Shown here in pieces: positions 62,650 through 64,000 of a DNA stretch of 64,000 nt. Below the pieces are notes generated by a model. It was not told where the DNA came from, made no database searches, and saw only the letters and a program-made list of their open reading frames with translations. Each line of letters opens with the position of its first letter. The first letter of the stretch is position 1. A program made the translations under genes and the position numbers. This stretch comes from an uncultured Acidimicrobiia bacterium (GTDB taxonomy: Bacteria; Acidobacteriota; Terriglobia; Versatilivoradales; Versatilivoraceae), in assembly GCA_963786955.1 (NCBI GenBank), contig CAWBAT010000005.1, positions 288,001-352,000 of the forward strand. The letters are read 5' to 3'.

Positions 62650-63588
62650 TCAGTGCCGCTCAGCCTTTTGGATTTCTGCAATAAAGATATCCTCGAGTGT
62701 GGGAGTAATTTGCTTAAGGGTTGCCGGCTGGAGTCCCTGGTCTCGCAAAAGCGCTTGGATTTGGGACACCTGAATAATGTCAGGATTTAAGAAAGCATGA
62801 AGTGTCGCACCTGCAGGCTCCACACTGACAACTCCTGGAAGAGCGAGGAGGAGTGCTCGGGCCGTGCGTCGGTCAGGACATTCCAGTTCGTAGCAGATTT
62901 CTCGCATCATTTTCTTGAGCTGGCTCGGAGAATCGCAACGAATGAGGCGTCCCGCTGATAGCAGACCCACTCGGTTGCAACGTTCCGCTTCGTCTAAATA
63001 GGCTGTCGTAATTAAAACCGTTAAGTCTTCGTTAACCAACTGGTAGAGAATTGTCCAAAACTCTCGCCGTGAAACCGGGTCGACCCCGTTTGTCGGTTCA
63101 TCGAGGATCAGTATTTTCGGGCGATGAAGCAAACTACACATCAAAGCTAGTTTCTGTTTCATGCCTCCTGACAACTGTCCGGCCTGGCGTTTTCCAAAGG
63201 GCTCCATTCGTGTCATTCGCAACAAACGGATCATTCGTTCGTCACGCTTTTGAGGGGAGACACCGAAAAGCTCCGCATAAAAGTGGAGGTTTTCTTGGAC
63301 GGTTAAATCCAGATACATCCCGAAGCGTTGCGCCATATACCCAATGCTGTCCCTGATAGCCAGCAAATCCTTGCGGACATCATGGCCTGCCACGTGTATT
63401 TCTCCTTCAGAAGGTTCCAACAGGCCACACAACATCCGTAAAGTGGTTGTTTTACCCGCACCGTCGGGACCGACAAGGCCAAAAATTTCCCCCTGGGTCA
63501 CATTGAATGTGAGGCGGTGGACAGCCGTTAATTCACCAAACTTGCGGCTGCAATTCTGGATCGAAATGGCCGGTTCAAGAGGAGTCAT
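62650..63588 (-). CDS. ABC transporter ATP-binding protein (YbhF-like)
   Basis: GPDGAGKTT, LSGGMKQK, LDEPT, TTAY. Confidence 0.95.
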   Translation of the reverse strand: MTPLEPAISIQNCSRKFGELTAVHRLTFNVTQGEIFGLVGPDGAGKTTTLRMLCGLLEPSEGEIHVAGHDVRKDLLAIRDSIGYMAQRFGMYLDLTVQENLHFYAELFGVSPQKRDERMIRLLRMTRMEPFGKRQAGQLSGGMKQKLALMCSLLHRPKILILDEPTNGVDPVSRREFWTILYQLVNEDLTVLITTAYLDEAERCNRVGLLSAGRLIRCDSPSQLKKMMREICYELECPDRRTARALLLALPGVVSVEPAGATLHAFLNPDIIQVSQIQALLRDQGLQPATLKQITPTLEDIFIAEIQKAERH

Positions 63589-63744
63589 GGAGAAACGAAT
63601 CCTGATCCGAGAGACTTAGTAGCGTATTTACTCATTACACTTGCGAATCTCAGGCGGCCCTGTTGGAGTAACCCCGCCCTGAAGCGCGGGGTTACTGAGA
63701 AACGCTTGTCGAGAATTCGTCATCGGATTCATGAATTTCAACAC

Positions 63745-64000
63745 TTAGATAGGAATCACCGCGTCCGCAGGCATATTGGACTTCAATTCCCCATTGGGGT
63801 TGTTGATCTCAATCTTGATCCGATACACCAGTTTTACGCGTTCTTCTTGGGTCTGAATTTGTTTCGGAGTAAATTCCGCTTCTGCGGCAATGAAAGTGAT
63901 CTTCCCGGCGTAGACTTTTCCAGGATATGAATCCGTAGTCACTTTCACTTCCGTTCCCAACTTCACCCGGCCCAAGTCTTTTTCATTGATATAACCTCTT
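63745..64000 (-). CDS. HlyD/YbhG-like periplasmic adaptor (5' end outside window)
   Basis: AEFTPKQIQTQEERVKLVYRIKI...LKSNMPAD C-terminal signature. Confidence 0.9.
   Translation of the reverse strand, partial: RGYINEKDLGRVKLGTEVKVTTDSYPGKVYAGKITFIAAEAEFTPKQIQTQEERVKLVYRIKIEINNPNGELKSNMPADAVIPI

Overview
Bacterial chromosomal window. The gene content (Ser/Thr kinase-TPR, GMC oxidoreductase with subunit 3, carboxypeptidase-regulatory/TPR protein, stand-alone PilZ proteins, many GTAG-type REP hairpins) suggests Acidobacteriota; this is an inference. About 50 CDSs are mostly housekeeping or metabolic (isocitrate/isopropylmalate dehydrogenase family, ackA, hbd, dCMP deaminase, carAB, lepB, glgX, cystathionine lyase, deoxyhypusine-synthase-like protein, pepA, ABC exporters), plus one tRNA-Ala(GGC). 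An accessory-looking block at about 36.4-55.3 kb, next to the tRNA 3' end, carries uncharacterised envelope proteins, REP-derived tandem arrays, IS-end remnants, a large secreted metzincin-like protein with a codon-diversified (GGGLLGN)8 tract and a Ser/Thr kinase with three ATISD motifs. The best candidate for an undescribed system is a compact unit at 28.87-29.48 kb (minus strand): near-consensus sigma70 promoter, palindromic operator, ribbon-helix-helix gene, a 19-aa Lys/Ala histone-like peptide gene missed by the ORF track, and an intrinsic terminator. It is divergent from a structured leader and two PilZ genes. Several genes are broken by single-base indels that most likely reflect sequencing errors. 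No CRISPR array, integrase or intact transposase was seen. All calls come from motif recognition only; no database search was run.
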